A DNA stretch of 64,000 nt from Camelus ferus (lineage: Eukaryota): assembly GCF_009834535.1 (NCBI RefSeq), contig NC_045697.1:65474001-65538000 (forward strand). The letters run 5' to 3'. The notes under the pieces were generated by a model. It saw only the letters and a program-made list of their open reading frames with translations, did not search any database and was not told the origin of the DNA. Made by a program: the position numbers and the translations under genes. Each line of letters opens with the position of its first letter. Position 1 is the first letter of the stretch. Shown here piece after piece: positions 1 through 12,516 of the stretch.

Positions 1-479
1 TTTTAAAATTAGGTTTCTGTCCCCACACTGATATATACACAAGGCCATTCTCTTTCTCTTAGAATAAATACTTTACAAACACTGTACAAGCATCTATAGC
101 AGAATCAAGGTGTTTTCCACTTTAGGAGAATTTGAAAATGTAATCCATCTATTTGTTCCAAATTAGCATCCCAGGTAGTCATCTCCAATACACATTCTCT
201 TCATGCTGCTTTGCAATCTGGCATAAAAGCCTATTGATTCTGTTTCTGAAATGGATCTCAAGTGCTTCCCCATTCTGCTAATTCTCACTGAAATTCCTTA
301 GGTTAAGGCCAAATAATTTATCCTGGGGTTGCTGCCTTCTAGTTGATGTTTTTCTTCTAATACTTGGCCCTCCTGTTCACCTTCACGTAACAGCAGATAC
401 GTATATTTGTCAAACACAGATCTTATTGTATTATCTACTTAATCTCTCTAGCTTTCAGAGACATACATGAAGACTAGTC

Positions 480-975
480 TTCTTTTAAGAGCTTGCAAGA
501 CTTCTCATAAATTGATCATTTCTGTCCTTGTCCCTAGCTTTCGCTTGCCATTCCTCCCCTTACTCCTTAATGCTGCACACTCCCACACCTCTGATGTTCC
601 CGCTACAGGGAACTGTTCACCATTTCTTAAACACTTCATATATTACATTTGCTCATGTTATTCCCTGAACTAGGATGCTCTTCCCTCTCATTTCTACTTT
701 AAAATTTTCTGCCTAATTATTAAGGCACAAGTCACATATTACAATTTCTCTTAGTCCTCCCAGATCCATACTCTTTATCCTCATATTTCTTTATATGTAA
801 CTCTATTACTGTATGTGTCATATTTTATTATGTTCAATTATTTGCCCTATGTGATTTATCTTTTAGGCTCTGACTACCTTGGAGGCAGAACTGGATGTTA
901 TCTATCTTTCTATCCCTAGTTGCTTGCATGGTTCTTGGCACACAGTAGATGCTCATAAAGCTCTGATGAACTAAA
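480..975 (+). mobile_element. LINE-2 3' fragment
   Basis: Degenerate L2 3' end motifs (tttgctcatgttattccctgaactaggatgctcttccc ... ttggcacacagtagatgctcataaag). Confidence 0.65.
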
Positions 976-1408
976 TTAATTTAAATTAAAGACTTTGGTA
1001 CATTTAAATGGCATGACTTACCTGTATTTGTTTTATAATCATAAATATGGTTGAAGAATTAAGCAAAAAGCGTCTAGAACCAGGAAATCAATGTGTAACA
1101 GCTCCTACAGTAAAATAGGACGATGCATTCAATTACTGATTAAGAAAACAGTTATTGAGTCAATATTGGTACTGCATAAAGCCAGATAATTCTAAAATAG
1201 AATTTTTGAAAATATGTATCTTTTAATCAAAGGCAAAAAACATCATATTTGTCAAGAATATTAGAGTTGCTTGAAATAAGCTAATTCAAAGTTTAAGCAA
1301 AAAAAGAACCTTGCTGGTTATGTAATTGGGAAGCCCAGGAGGACTGCAGGCACCATGGACAATTAAATTTGGGGGCTCAAGCAACATCATTAGGAAACTG
1401 TCCATCTT

Positions 1409-1440
1409 TCTCCATTACTCTCCATTACTTTCTCCATTAC
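1409..1440. repeat. Short tandem repeat (TCTCCATTAC)x3 with a 2-nt spacer before the third unit
   Basis: Units read directly at 1409-1418, 1419-1428 and 1431-1440. Confidence 0.9.
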
Positions 1441-1784
1441 TGTTCTTTTCTTTGGCTTCCTCCTCAGGTAGATTTTCCCCCTATGATGACAAAACTACAG
1501 CTCTAGACCCTGTCCTCATATTTAACAATCCTGGCAAAAAGGGAATGCCTCATGCTCAGTTGTTCCAGAAAATGTCTAAAAGATGAATGGAGGGCTCTGG
1601 TTGACATTACTTTAATCACTCTCCCATCTTTGAACGAGTCAGTCTGGTCAGAGGATGGACTTGTCTGATCTTTGAGATCTGGATTCACAAGCCAAATACT
1701 GAGGCAGAGATTAAGTATTACAACCACTAAAAATAGAGGTGGAGTGGTCCCTGAAGAGATGGTTTAAAAATGAAACAGCTAACT

Positions 1785-1975
1785 TACATGTACTAACTCA
1801 TTTAATCCTCATAACACTATGAGGGAAGTGGTATTAAGATCCCCAGTTTAGAGTTAGGGGGATTGAGACACAGAGAGGACAGGAGAGTACTCAGTCTTAC
1901 TCAACTGTAAGTGACCAAGCAAGGCTGTGTGCTCTACTCAGTCTGACTTCAGAGTCTGGGCTCATAATAACCAGA
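1785..1975 (-). mobile_element. MIR SINE
   Basis: aactcatttaatcctcataacactatgagg ... gattgagacacagagagg ... cagtctgacttcagagtc matches the MIR core in reverse. Confidence 0.75.
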
Positions 1976-4900
1976 CTATATTAACAAAATTATGAATATT
2001 GTAATTCCAACTAAGCTAAGAAATAATAATAAATTCTACATTTAAAAGAAGCTGTGCTTTACTTTCTATTTTTCTATGTATTGGTATTTACATAGTTAGC
2101 ATGTATTTCTTTTGTAATTACAAAGTAACATGTATACTTTATATTTTACTATAAATATGAGAGAGATCCCCTATCTTCAGTGCCCTCATTGTATACTGTC
2201 AAAGAAACACAAGTTAAGTGACGGTAACAATACAGTGTAACATGATCAAATAGCTATATATAGATGTTAAGGATCTCAGCAGTGATTCATCTTCCAAAGA
2301 ATGTGAAAGAAATTTTTATACCAGGAAATTAAATTTGAATTGAGTCTTCAAGGAATTTGGCAACTAGAAAAGCCAGAGGAGGACCTTGCAGAAAAAGGGA
2401 ACTATCCATGCACACCTGACAACAGGAATTATTGTAAAAATTATTTTTATCATTATTCTGACCTCTTCCTATATTCCCCTGCCCTGACTACAAATTTCTC
2501 CTTGTTGGCCTATCTTCTCTTACATTGCATGACCACACAACCCTCTTTTCTCCATTATTCTCTAAACCTTGATTCTTTTACCAATTGCTTCCTCTTTCTT
2601 TTTCTCTCCCTTTGGTCCTTCATCATTGGTGGAGGATTCATTTAATTGCCTCCTAAATGATTTCTGTGCCTCTAGTGTCTTCCTTTATTTCATTTTCCAT
2701 TCTGTTTCCAAACTAGTCTTCCATAAATACTGCATTCATCTTGAATACTGTATGCTTAAATAGCATTGGAATCAGACAGATCTTTTTGTGATACAATAAG
2801 TACCACATACCTGGCTATATGACCAGGGGAAGATAATAACTTTTGAGAACCTTGCTGATAATGCCCAATTTGTAAGATAATTATGAAAATATGTATAGAG
2901 TATGTATAAGTCCCAACAAGTACTGATCATTTGATAGGTGTATAATATCTAAGTAGATAATACTCTTTGTAAGCATCTATTTTACTACCCAGGACCCTCC
3001 AGAAAGCCATCATATTCCTTATTAGGAAGTGACTAAAGAGATTCACTCTTTTTAGTCTCATCTGAAACCCATCTCTGAAGCCTTCAGAGTGCTTTATAAT
3101 CTTTACCTACCTTTTGCATTCAGCCTTGTTTCCCATAATTTTTCCATAGGAATCAATTGCTGTCTCTTTAATCCCTTCCTTAACTCAGAACTCGCTAATA
3201 TTTATCACACTTAAACCTGGGGTTTTGCTTCTGCTATTCTTCAAACTAGAATTTTCTGCCATCTTTTGTTCTTATTCACTCTCTGCTCGTAGTTCAAATA
3301 ACACGTCTTTCCGAAGGACTTTTTTCCCCACACCTGGGAAAAACGTTTCTTTAATTTCATTTATGCACTGGCAAATGGTAACATGATTAATCAATTTAAT
3401 TTCTTCATATTATAATGCAGTAACCATTTAGTTATATCAGTATACAGGGCAGTTACACAGAGTGTGACTTGTTGACTTATGCTCATTTATCATCTCTCCA
3501 ATAAAATGCTATAAACTATGGACAGCAATCGTGTCTTATACATCTTTGTACTCCAAGGGCCTCTTTCTTGATTAATGGATCTTGTTTATATCCCCAGAAT
3601 CTTAATTGACATAGAGAGCATGAATTCTTCTGTGAGTGAATCTTTGTTGTGGTAGTCAGCCTTAGTGGCGTTGCTCACCGAGAGATTAGCCTAGACACTT
3701 AGAGCATCCACTGGATATAATTAACTAACTTCTCTCCTATGCATCTTGACTGTACTGGTGATACTATGTACCACTCTGGGGAGAGCTGAGAAAATAGTCA
3801 CTGAAAAAAAATTTTTTTTGGTCTTTAATTCAAACAAGGAGTGCCAGTTGAGGAAGGCTACTAGAGTGTGTAGCAAATTGCTTTTGTTTAAATGATGGGA
3901 GTATTGGCAAAGAAATAGATTTAGAAATGCTTAAAACAATAGCTCAATTTTCAAAGATTTATCTATACTATAGAAGGCTTATTAGGGTAGTTTCATGCTA
4001 TCACGTATTGTCTTAAGTGGCAAATTGTTGTTTCCATGCCAATTCTTGATTTAAAACCCACCATGCATCAATAATATATCACTTTCCACTTAAATAGTTG
4101 GGACAGTTAGATTGCATTGTCAGGTTAGGTCATTATAACTCCAACAGATGCTGTCATGTAGATGAAGAAAATTCATTTTAAATGATATCATTTTTTAAAT
4201 GTGTTTTTCTTTGTGCCTAAGGAAGGCAAAGCTATGTCATATTAGCTCTTCATATTCAGGTTCCAAACAATGTGGCATATTTTGATTAAATCACACCACC
4301 GTTTCAGAGTCGATATGGGCTAGCAATGGACCACATGTGAGGAAACAGTCATAGCAGGAGTGCTCAGGTGTGCCAGTTGTTTCATCTTTAGTAGCCTTTC
4401 ATGTGATCAATCAATCTTTAAAAGAATAATTAATTAGTGGATAAGCTGGGGAAATAGTACAGTAAGGAATTGTACTTACCCTAAAATACAGAGGTATAAA
4501 TATAGCTGGGTCAATTTTTATTTGGTTAGTCTGTTCTAACTCATAATTTGAGTTTTGCCAGATAGTATTTTTTTTTGTTTTTTTGTTTTTGTTTTGTTTG
4601 TTTACCTTTAAAAAAGTCAGTATATAATTTTACCTTTCCTTGACAGCTAAGAGTCAACCAGTTGAAATCCCCCATAAAGCCCTCCCTAAATGCATCCCTG
4701 AAGGTTATCCTATCTAGGAACATGTGGTTTTCATTCTCTGTCCTGAATAAATTCCTAGGAGACAAAAGTATATGTAGATATTTATGACTATGTTTTCATC
4801 ACAACCACATGAAAAAAGGGAGGAAGGTGTGTGGCTGGGAGTTAACTCTGCTTAAAAATGTGTTAATTTTTTACTTTTAAAATATGTATTTTCCAGTAAG

Positions 4901-5393
4901 TTTTATTAATTTCTTTATTAACAGGTTAGACTAAAAAGTATGATTATTGAATGTATGATTGAATAGCATGTGTTCTTACCTAAGCATGTTCAGAAATTTT
5001 CTCAAAGTCCAAAACTATTATCTGTGTTAAAAAAAGACACGGAATACATTTCATAATCCAAATCTGGAAATAGAGAATATCTGTAAAGGAAATATATGTT
5101 CTAATTAAAATTCCCATGAGCAATTATTACCTCAATATAAAACCACAGAAGATTCCAGCTGACAGTTTAGTTTACATTGTATTTTTAATCCTGCCTAAGT
5201 CCTAAATAGCACATAGTGGGCAGGGAATAAATGATAAGAATTAGAAAGAAAAAACAGAATTTTATATATGTAAATACTATGCCTTATGTCAATAGCTCCA
5301 ATTTTATTTTGTTTTGAAAATTTATCTCCTAAAATATTCCTCTTATAAATATGGGATCAATTTTTTTCTTCTTAAAGCTTTACATTGTATATG

Positions 5394-5894
5394 TGTTGGG
5401 AGACAATTTTTCTTGAGCCTCTAGTATATTTGTGCCTTTTATGAATTAAGGCACTGACTGCCTTTATTTTAAACTAGTCTTTCAAAAATGTTAGTATAGT
5501 TAACAGCCTTGGAAGATAATAATAGGGTCTTTCTCCACAGCAAAGGTGAGATTTGTTTTCTGTCCAATATAATAAAAATGCGGCAACCCTCAGGAGCAAG
5601 GGGCCAGCAAGCTCCTTGCCTCTCATAAAAGATCTGGGGGTCCCAAAGCTCAGAGTTCCCCTCCTGAAATTCAACATACTGCTTGTGTAGGCATCACTCG
5701 GCCCTCTTTGTATCATCCTGTGGCAACTAGGGCTTGATGAACAGATACCAATGCAGATACTGCTTTACACTATGGGAAGTAGTGTCATTTGACTCTGACC
5801 CAGGAATGTGTCTTCTGCTAGCATCATGAGATTGTGGCAAGACAATGTTAGCCTGCAAAAAGGATAAAATCTGAGACCCTTTGCGATTTTGACA
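5394..5894 (+). mobile_element. ERVL-class solo LTR (MER77-like)
   Basis: TG...CA termini (TGTTGGGAGACAAT ... GATTTTGACA) and a 5-bp TSD with one mismatch (ATATG 5389-5393 / ATGTG 5895-5899); subfamily name from memory. Confidence 0.7.
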
Positions 5895-6847
5895 ATGTGT
5901 TGTTCAGGTTGTTGTGGTATCTTTTGAATCTTCTGATGTATAAATATTTTGGCCTGTGGGCTCATATTTGTCTGAGAATATGCCTTTCTCATAATGTGCG
6001 AGGGATAGTCACTTTAGTCTCTATTGTTCTTGATAGGTTCAAGGCTAAGAAAAGTGATGAGCCCTGGGGAGTCACATACCACAATACTACAGTTAGTCAC
6101 TTTTTTTGCCCCCACATCAAAAATAAATTGTTGAGCTCTTGCAGAAGGAGGCAGCTATTGGAATGGGAATTATCACTGAGTTGTAATCATAGTCTAGAGG
6201 CCTGAAGGGGGAAAGCAGGGGCAAGCAGATGTGGGAAGCTGGTCCGCCTGTATCTGTTTTTTTTCAGTTCCTTATCCCGGCAGAATTTTTGTACTGTTCT
6301 GCTGTTCTTCGCGTTGCCCCACCCCCAATAAATTAATCCATGCTGTGGGTAGCTACTTCAGATTTCTGCAAGGAAGAGCCAGACAATGATATTACAAGTC
6401 AATACATGGAAAAGGCAGGAGCTGAATTTGAAATGCTTTAGTCGCTTCTTTCCTTGTTGCTTTCTGTTGGCCTCTCCCCAGGCTGCGACAACATATATTC
6501 TAGACACTCCACTTTGGTGCTTGCTTCCTCCTCCCAGGAGCTCCCCACAGGACTGTTGTATAGGTTTCTTGAACCTCTGTTTCACTCTGTAATTTCGCCA
6601 GGGTTAATTTTAGGGCAGGAGGCCAGAGCACTTACTCTTTGACCACCAGATATATTTAAATCATGAGTTATAATGATATATTTCTCTGTAGAGGATGCTG
6701 ATGAGACAATTTAATTTTTTGTGAAGACAAAACCTACCTTCAGTTAACCAAATAATTAATGAAGGAAAGTGGATTTTTAATTCAAATATTCCTCATAACT
6801 AAGAAGAAATGAGAGAATTAGAGCACTGGCATTTTGTCATCACTAAT

Positions 6848-7252
6848 TATATTTGTTTGCTAGGGCTACCACAACAAATTACCACACACTGGGTGGCTTA
6901 CACACACAAAAGTTACTCTCTCTCAGTTCCAGAGGCTGGACGTCCAGGATCAGGGTGTCAGCAGGCTTGGTTCCCCCTGAGGCCTCTCTCCTTGGCTTGC
7001 AGGCGGCCCCCTTGCTGTGCGCTCGTGTGGCCTTTCCTCTCTGTGCTCTAGCCCTGGTATCTCTCTGTGTACCCTAAAATCCTCTCCCTGTAAGTACATC
7101 AGTCTGACAGGATTGGGGCAGCTCATATGACCTCCCTTAACTTTAAGTACCTCTTTTAAAGGCCCTATCTCCAAATTCAGTCATGTTCTGAAGTTCTGGG
7201 AATTAGGGCTTCAGTATATGAATTTTAGGGCAACACATTTTAACCCATAACA
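6848..7252 (-). mobile_element. MaLR solo LTR (MLT1B-like)
   Basis: gtttgctagggctaccacaacaaattaccacacactgggtggctta ... aacccataaca; perfect 5-bp TSD CTAAT (6843-6847 / 7253-7257). Confidence 0.88.
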
Positions 7253-7937
7253 CTAATGAAAATAACAAATGAACATCAATAGCTGATAATATTACTAAGG
7301 AAGAAGGAGACAGACATTATGTGCCTTCTGCTTAAAATACACAACACCAAATTCTTGCCAAATATTACACTGAATTAGATCAATCCACTAGATTTATCAA
7401 TTTACACAAAATACAGTGGACAAAAGGGCATGCTAAGTGACACAGAGGGATTTGTCACAATCCAGACCTTGGGAAACTACAGAAAATATAACTCATTTTT
7501 CTTTGACATATAAATTGTAGAAACAAATGAAGATAGATAACAGAGAATCCTTAAATAAAGAGACTCAAGAGACACTTTAACTATTGTGAAATATGGATCC
7601 TAATTTGAATAAATGAGGGCAATAGGAATATGAACTATATGTGATAATATTGAAAAATTATTAATTTTAGGGAGCATGATATTGGTATCATGATTGTGTT
7701 TTTAAAACACCTCTTAATTTTCAGAACTATATACTAAAATAATTAGAAATAAAATCATATAATGTCTGGCATTTATTTCAAAATAAATCTGATAGGGATG
7801 GTGGCAGAAAAGGGTAGGGATATAAATAAACAAGATGGAAAATGAGTTGATAATTGACTAAGCAGGGTAATGACTACTTAGATTCATGTTTCAATTCTCT
7901 CTATATTTGAAAATTTTGATAATAAAAAAATTTTTAA
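7253..7937 (+). mobile_element. Ancient L1 (L1MC4/5-like) 3' UTR, probably interrupted upstream by the MLT1 LTR
   Basis: L1MC-type 3' motifs (gacagacattatgtgcc; aatgtctggcatttatttcaaaata; tatatttgaaaattttgataataaaaaaa) ending in an A-rich tail. Confidence 0.65.
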
Positions 7938-10620
7938 GGTTTTATGTTGGCATTTTATATTTAGTAAATGGTCATGAAGTGTTTTTTGGTACCTCTTTTT
8001 TGTTGCTTTTCCTGTGGTAATGATGCATTTTGATGAATCAATGTGTTTCTTGAGTTTTTCTTGTGAGGTTAATTATGTGCATTGGAGAGCTTGCTGGGGT
8101 TAGGAGAACAAGCTCTGGTTGGAGGGACGTGTTTCTGCTCTCCAGGCTAACGACCTTATGTGAGGATTCAACTTTGATGTCACCATCAATTAGCATAATA
8201 TTCTAGTCACCTGTGGTAGCCTGTCCCAGATGTTTCTCTGATAGTGTTCAACTTAATAAATTTAGACTTCACACAATAGTGCTTGTCATTTTATGCCCTC
8301 CTGTCCCAAATATATTTCAAAATATGCCCAATCCAGCTGTTAATCTGACTGCATAAAATACTGTAATAACACTTTTGAAGATTGAGGTGATGTTTGAAGT
8401 GTTTCAAGAATCTTTTCCCTCTGGGTTAGAAAACATCTTTACTAAAACCAAAATTAATGTCAAAATCTACAGTTTCTATTTTATTTTACACAATAACCTT
8501 GCATTTTAAAAAGCATTCTAGGGGGGAAAAAAGATGATATGTGTGAATTAAATGAACAAGAATATTATCTAAGTCAGAATTGTTCTATGATTACCTTTTG
8601 ATTACAGCATGTGTAATTTCAATTTTAGGTAAAAAATAGTAAAATTTCAGTAATTTCATAAGGTTTAACTTAATAGTTTAAAACTCAGAAAACTTCATGA
8701 TTAAGATTAAATGAAATAATGAATGTAAATGCTCAGCAGTTTCAGGTACACAGTAAGCCCTCCATAAATGATAGATAGAAGGAGTGTTACAAATGTTTTT
8801 TCTCAAAATCACTTCTTTTCAAAATTTTAAGGTTGACTATTTCCTTTATAGTGTGTTTTGAAAATAATTTAATATGTTTAAATCCAGAGACCATTTTTTT
8901 ACTTTAGCCAAATTAACACTTCTTTAAATTGAATTGAGATTTCAATAAATCCCCAAAGTGGTTTCCATATAAAGAAGAGCAGCTGACTTTTCCAATTTTA
9001 GTGGAAGATTAAATAGAAAGATCCAGTATAATGACTGTGTCAATATTCCTGAGAAGTAAACCTTGTTAAAGCAGTATCATGTAGAGGAAGGGTCTTACCT
9101 ATTTCTCCACTAAGGATTCCATAATTGTTATTATAAGTTGATCAGCTTCTCCCAGGTTCATTTACTCTGGATTTTATTAATTTAGTATAATAAAATTTTA
9201 TACACTTTACTATATAGGTTCACAAAATTCATAAAGACATGTGATGGGGTTCTGATACTGATTTTTAAATGTGTTTTTATTAAAGAACTAGAGATATTCC
9301 TCAGAAAGGTATGGCTAAGAGAATAATCTCAGTTTTAGTCTGCCTATATTCTAAGTTTTTATTTTAAATTTCTGTTACTGCCCAAGTGTCTTTTCTGAAT
9401 CTCTGTCTTTATTCTTTGGCCTGAAGCCTTTGTGTGTCGGATACTGTATTCTGCTGTGACTTTGGAGAAAAGCTATGGTTTGTTTTTTTCTGGGAGGATA
9501 AGCTCTCAGGTGAAATCATTTCCTTAGTTGAATAAACATCTCTTTACAAGAATTCTATTGTTACCTCTTGAATAATCCCTACTATGTACAGAAGACTGGG
9601 ATTGGTTAATGATTTCATCCTCATTAACCTGTGGTCTTAATTATTATTCATTCACAAGGCAGGGATGATACCTGCTTATGGATCTTTACATTAAGGAAAG
9701 ATGTCTTAAGAAATACATACTCCTTACATCGAGCATACAATAGGCAAACCTATAGAAAAATTACATTGTCGTAAAATAGTTTGAGTGTACATACCATAAA
9801 TGACCAACTTTCATTAAAAGTTTATTCTGTCTTTATACAGGCTACTATAAATTAGACAAACTATCTATTTAAATATAAAAACATTGGATTAAGGATCAAC
9901 CAAAATATTGACTGAATTAACATAATGGTAAAAACGCAGATTGTAAAAGTTATTTGAAAATATTTGAGATGGGTGTGCTTTTACTCACTCTGATTTTAGT
10001 ATCTATGTCTGACAGAAGGTAATCATACATAGCTTATTCTTTCCCTTCCATTTCTACAATTGGCTTTAGAAAGACAAACATAGATTAGATTCAAGAAGTG
10101 AGAGGTATTTTCTTACTGTTTTTCTCCATTGCAGATAAAAAGGTATATTTGAAATGCATGTGGGTAAGTCTAAGGACTAATAAACCCGTTCATATATTTA
10201 TTAAGGCAAATACAGTGTATTGAGACTAAAGAAAGAAATCTTTGGATCAAAAACCATTTATTGACTATATGCTATTATGTTGGTGATACAAAAGTGCAGC
10301 AGGTATTATAATAAATAAAAAGGTGATCTTGTTGGGGAAAATAGGCAAGTAAGTGATTAAAAACTAGATTAATGCCCCAGATAATAAATGTCAGAGGAGA
10401 CTTATTTAAGAGGTGTGGCAAGAGTAAATTCATCATTGTTAGGAAGTGCTTTCTCAATTCTAATTTGAGGAAATTTAGACCAATCAATAAATACAGAAAA
10501 TCAGTTGTCCCCAATAGATATGGATTTCATAAAGTTTTTCCCCAAAGAGATTATGTTTTAACTAAATAGACCTGATAAAAACAGGCTTGATACTAAAATG
10601 AGAATTTATGAACTATGATC

Positions 10621-11092
10621 TGTACTGAGTTGAATGGTCATCCCCTCCAAAATAAACAAATAAATAAATATGTCCATGAGCTAACTCTTGGAACCTGTAT
10701 ATGGGTCCTTGTTTGGGAAACAGACTTTGCAGATGTAATTAATATAAGAATTTTGAGATGAGGTCATCGTGGGTTATCCATGTGGAACATAGATTCAATG
10801 ACAAGTATCATTTGAAAGATGGTGGGCTATTTGAGAAAGAGAAGGGCAAAGATGAGGTGGCCACGTAGAGACCTGAGAGACAGAGATTGGAGTTACACAG
10901 CCACAAGCCAAGGAGTGTCTGGAGCCACTGGAAGCTGGAAGAGGCAAGGAAAGATTCTCCCCTAGAGCCTTTGGAGAGAGCACAGCCCGTGATTTCAGAT
11001 CTGTTCTCTGGATCTGTGAGAGAACAAATTTATGTTGTTTTATACTGCTGAAATTGTGGTGATTTGTTATGTCAGCCCTAGGAAACAAACCA
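10621..11092 (+). mobile_element. MaLR solo LTR (MLT1C-like)
   Basis: TG...CA ends; cagccacaagccaaggag...gaagctggaagaggcaaggaaagattctcccctagagcct motif; perfect TSD TGATC (10616-10620 / 11093-11097). Confidence 0.9.
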
Positions 11093-11377
11093 TGATCCAA
11101 TTTGCCTTATTTTGCAAAGCATAGATGATTTTGAAAGTGTTTTAATCAGGTACTACAAAGATAAAAGTACATGCAAAAATGTCTATATGAATTACAGTAG
11201 GGAAACATTTTTTAATTTTTCAAAAAAGATTTATGATATACAGGAAAGTATTGGGGAAACAAAGGAATATTCCTCATATATGTACATATATGTTCAACTT
11301 CCTACTGCCTTCTAGGAGCCTTGAGTGTCCAGGCAGCTTCAGAAACAAAGATGACCATTGACTGTCCATAAACCATG

Positions 11378-11953
11378 GGTTTCAATGATCTATTACTGCA
11401 TAACAAAACACCTCAAAACTTACTGGCTTAAAACAAAAACTATTTTATTTGTAAGGATTCTATGGCGTTGGTATTCAGGCAGGGCTCAGTGGGGTTGGAT
11501 CACCTCTGCTCCACATGGTGTTGACTGGTATAGCCCAACTGAGGTCAGAGGATCCAGGGCATCACTCGCATGTCTAGGGCCTTGTTAGGTGTTGGCTGGG
11601 TTCTCTTCCATGTGGTATCTTTCTCTTTCCACACAATCTCTCATTATTGAGTATTCTAGCTCAATCTTTTAAAAAACAAAAGCAAAAACAAAACAAACAA
11701 ACAAACAAACAAAACTTGATTATTAGCTTCCAAAAATGAGGGGGGAAAAAAGCTGCAAGATATCTTAAGGCCCAGGCCCAGGCTCAGAAATCGTGTGTCA
11801 TCCCTCCTGTCCCATTCTACTGGTGAAAGCAAGTCGTAGAGCAAGCCCAGAGTCAGGGATGGGGGGAATGGACTGTGCCTCTTGAAGATGGCTGTGCTTG
11901 CACAGGCGAGGGGGGAATAATCTGTGGCTGTCTTGCAGACAGACTGCTATACA
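11378..11953 (-). mobile_element. Old MaLR solo LTR (MLT1H-like)
   Basis: tctattactgcataacaaaacacctcaaaacttactggcttaaaac ... caggcagggctcagtgggg ... cattctactggtgaaagcaagtc. Confidence 0.7.
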
Positions 11954-12516
11954 ATGCTCTGGTTTTTCTAATCATTTTCTTTGATGAAGTCTAATCCTTC
12001 CTTGTATTACCTTCCTTCTTTAAATATTGAGCACTTACTGTTATCAGTCTTTTGAGAATTAACTACTATGCTGGAATTTGTTATAGTTTTTTGTTTTGTT
12101 TTGTTTGTTCGTTTTCTTAATTTTGTGGCTTTTTCTGTCAAAAAGATCACCAACTCTTGGAGGTGAAAGAAGGTGTTCTATGTTTCCTTGAATCCCATAA
12201 TACCAGCACAGCAGATTTTTAATGAATAAGTGTCTTCTTGGTTATAAATGTTGAATGATGAGAAAATAATGTATTTAAACTATGCCCAGTGTTATATTAG
12301 TATCCGCTAGATTACTTAGTGCTAAATTTCTTGCAGATTATTGTGATTAGTTAGTCCTGACCTTTGCCAAATACCCCTGCTTTTTCTCATACTTATCACA
12401 GATATGTGGTTATAGCTAATAATTGCCAATGGAAGTATATGTGGGGAGACATATTTAGGGTTATTAATTTAAAAAGAATAATTAGAAAAACCTATCAGTT
12501 CACAAAGTAGTAACAA

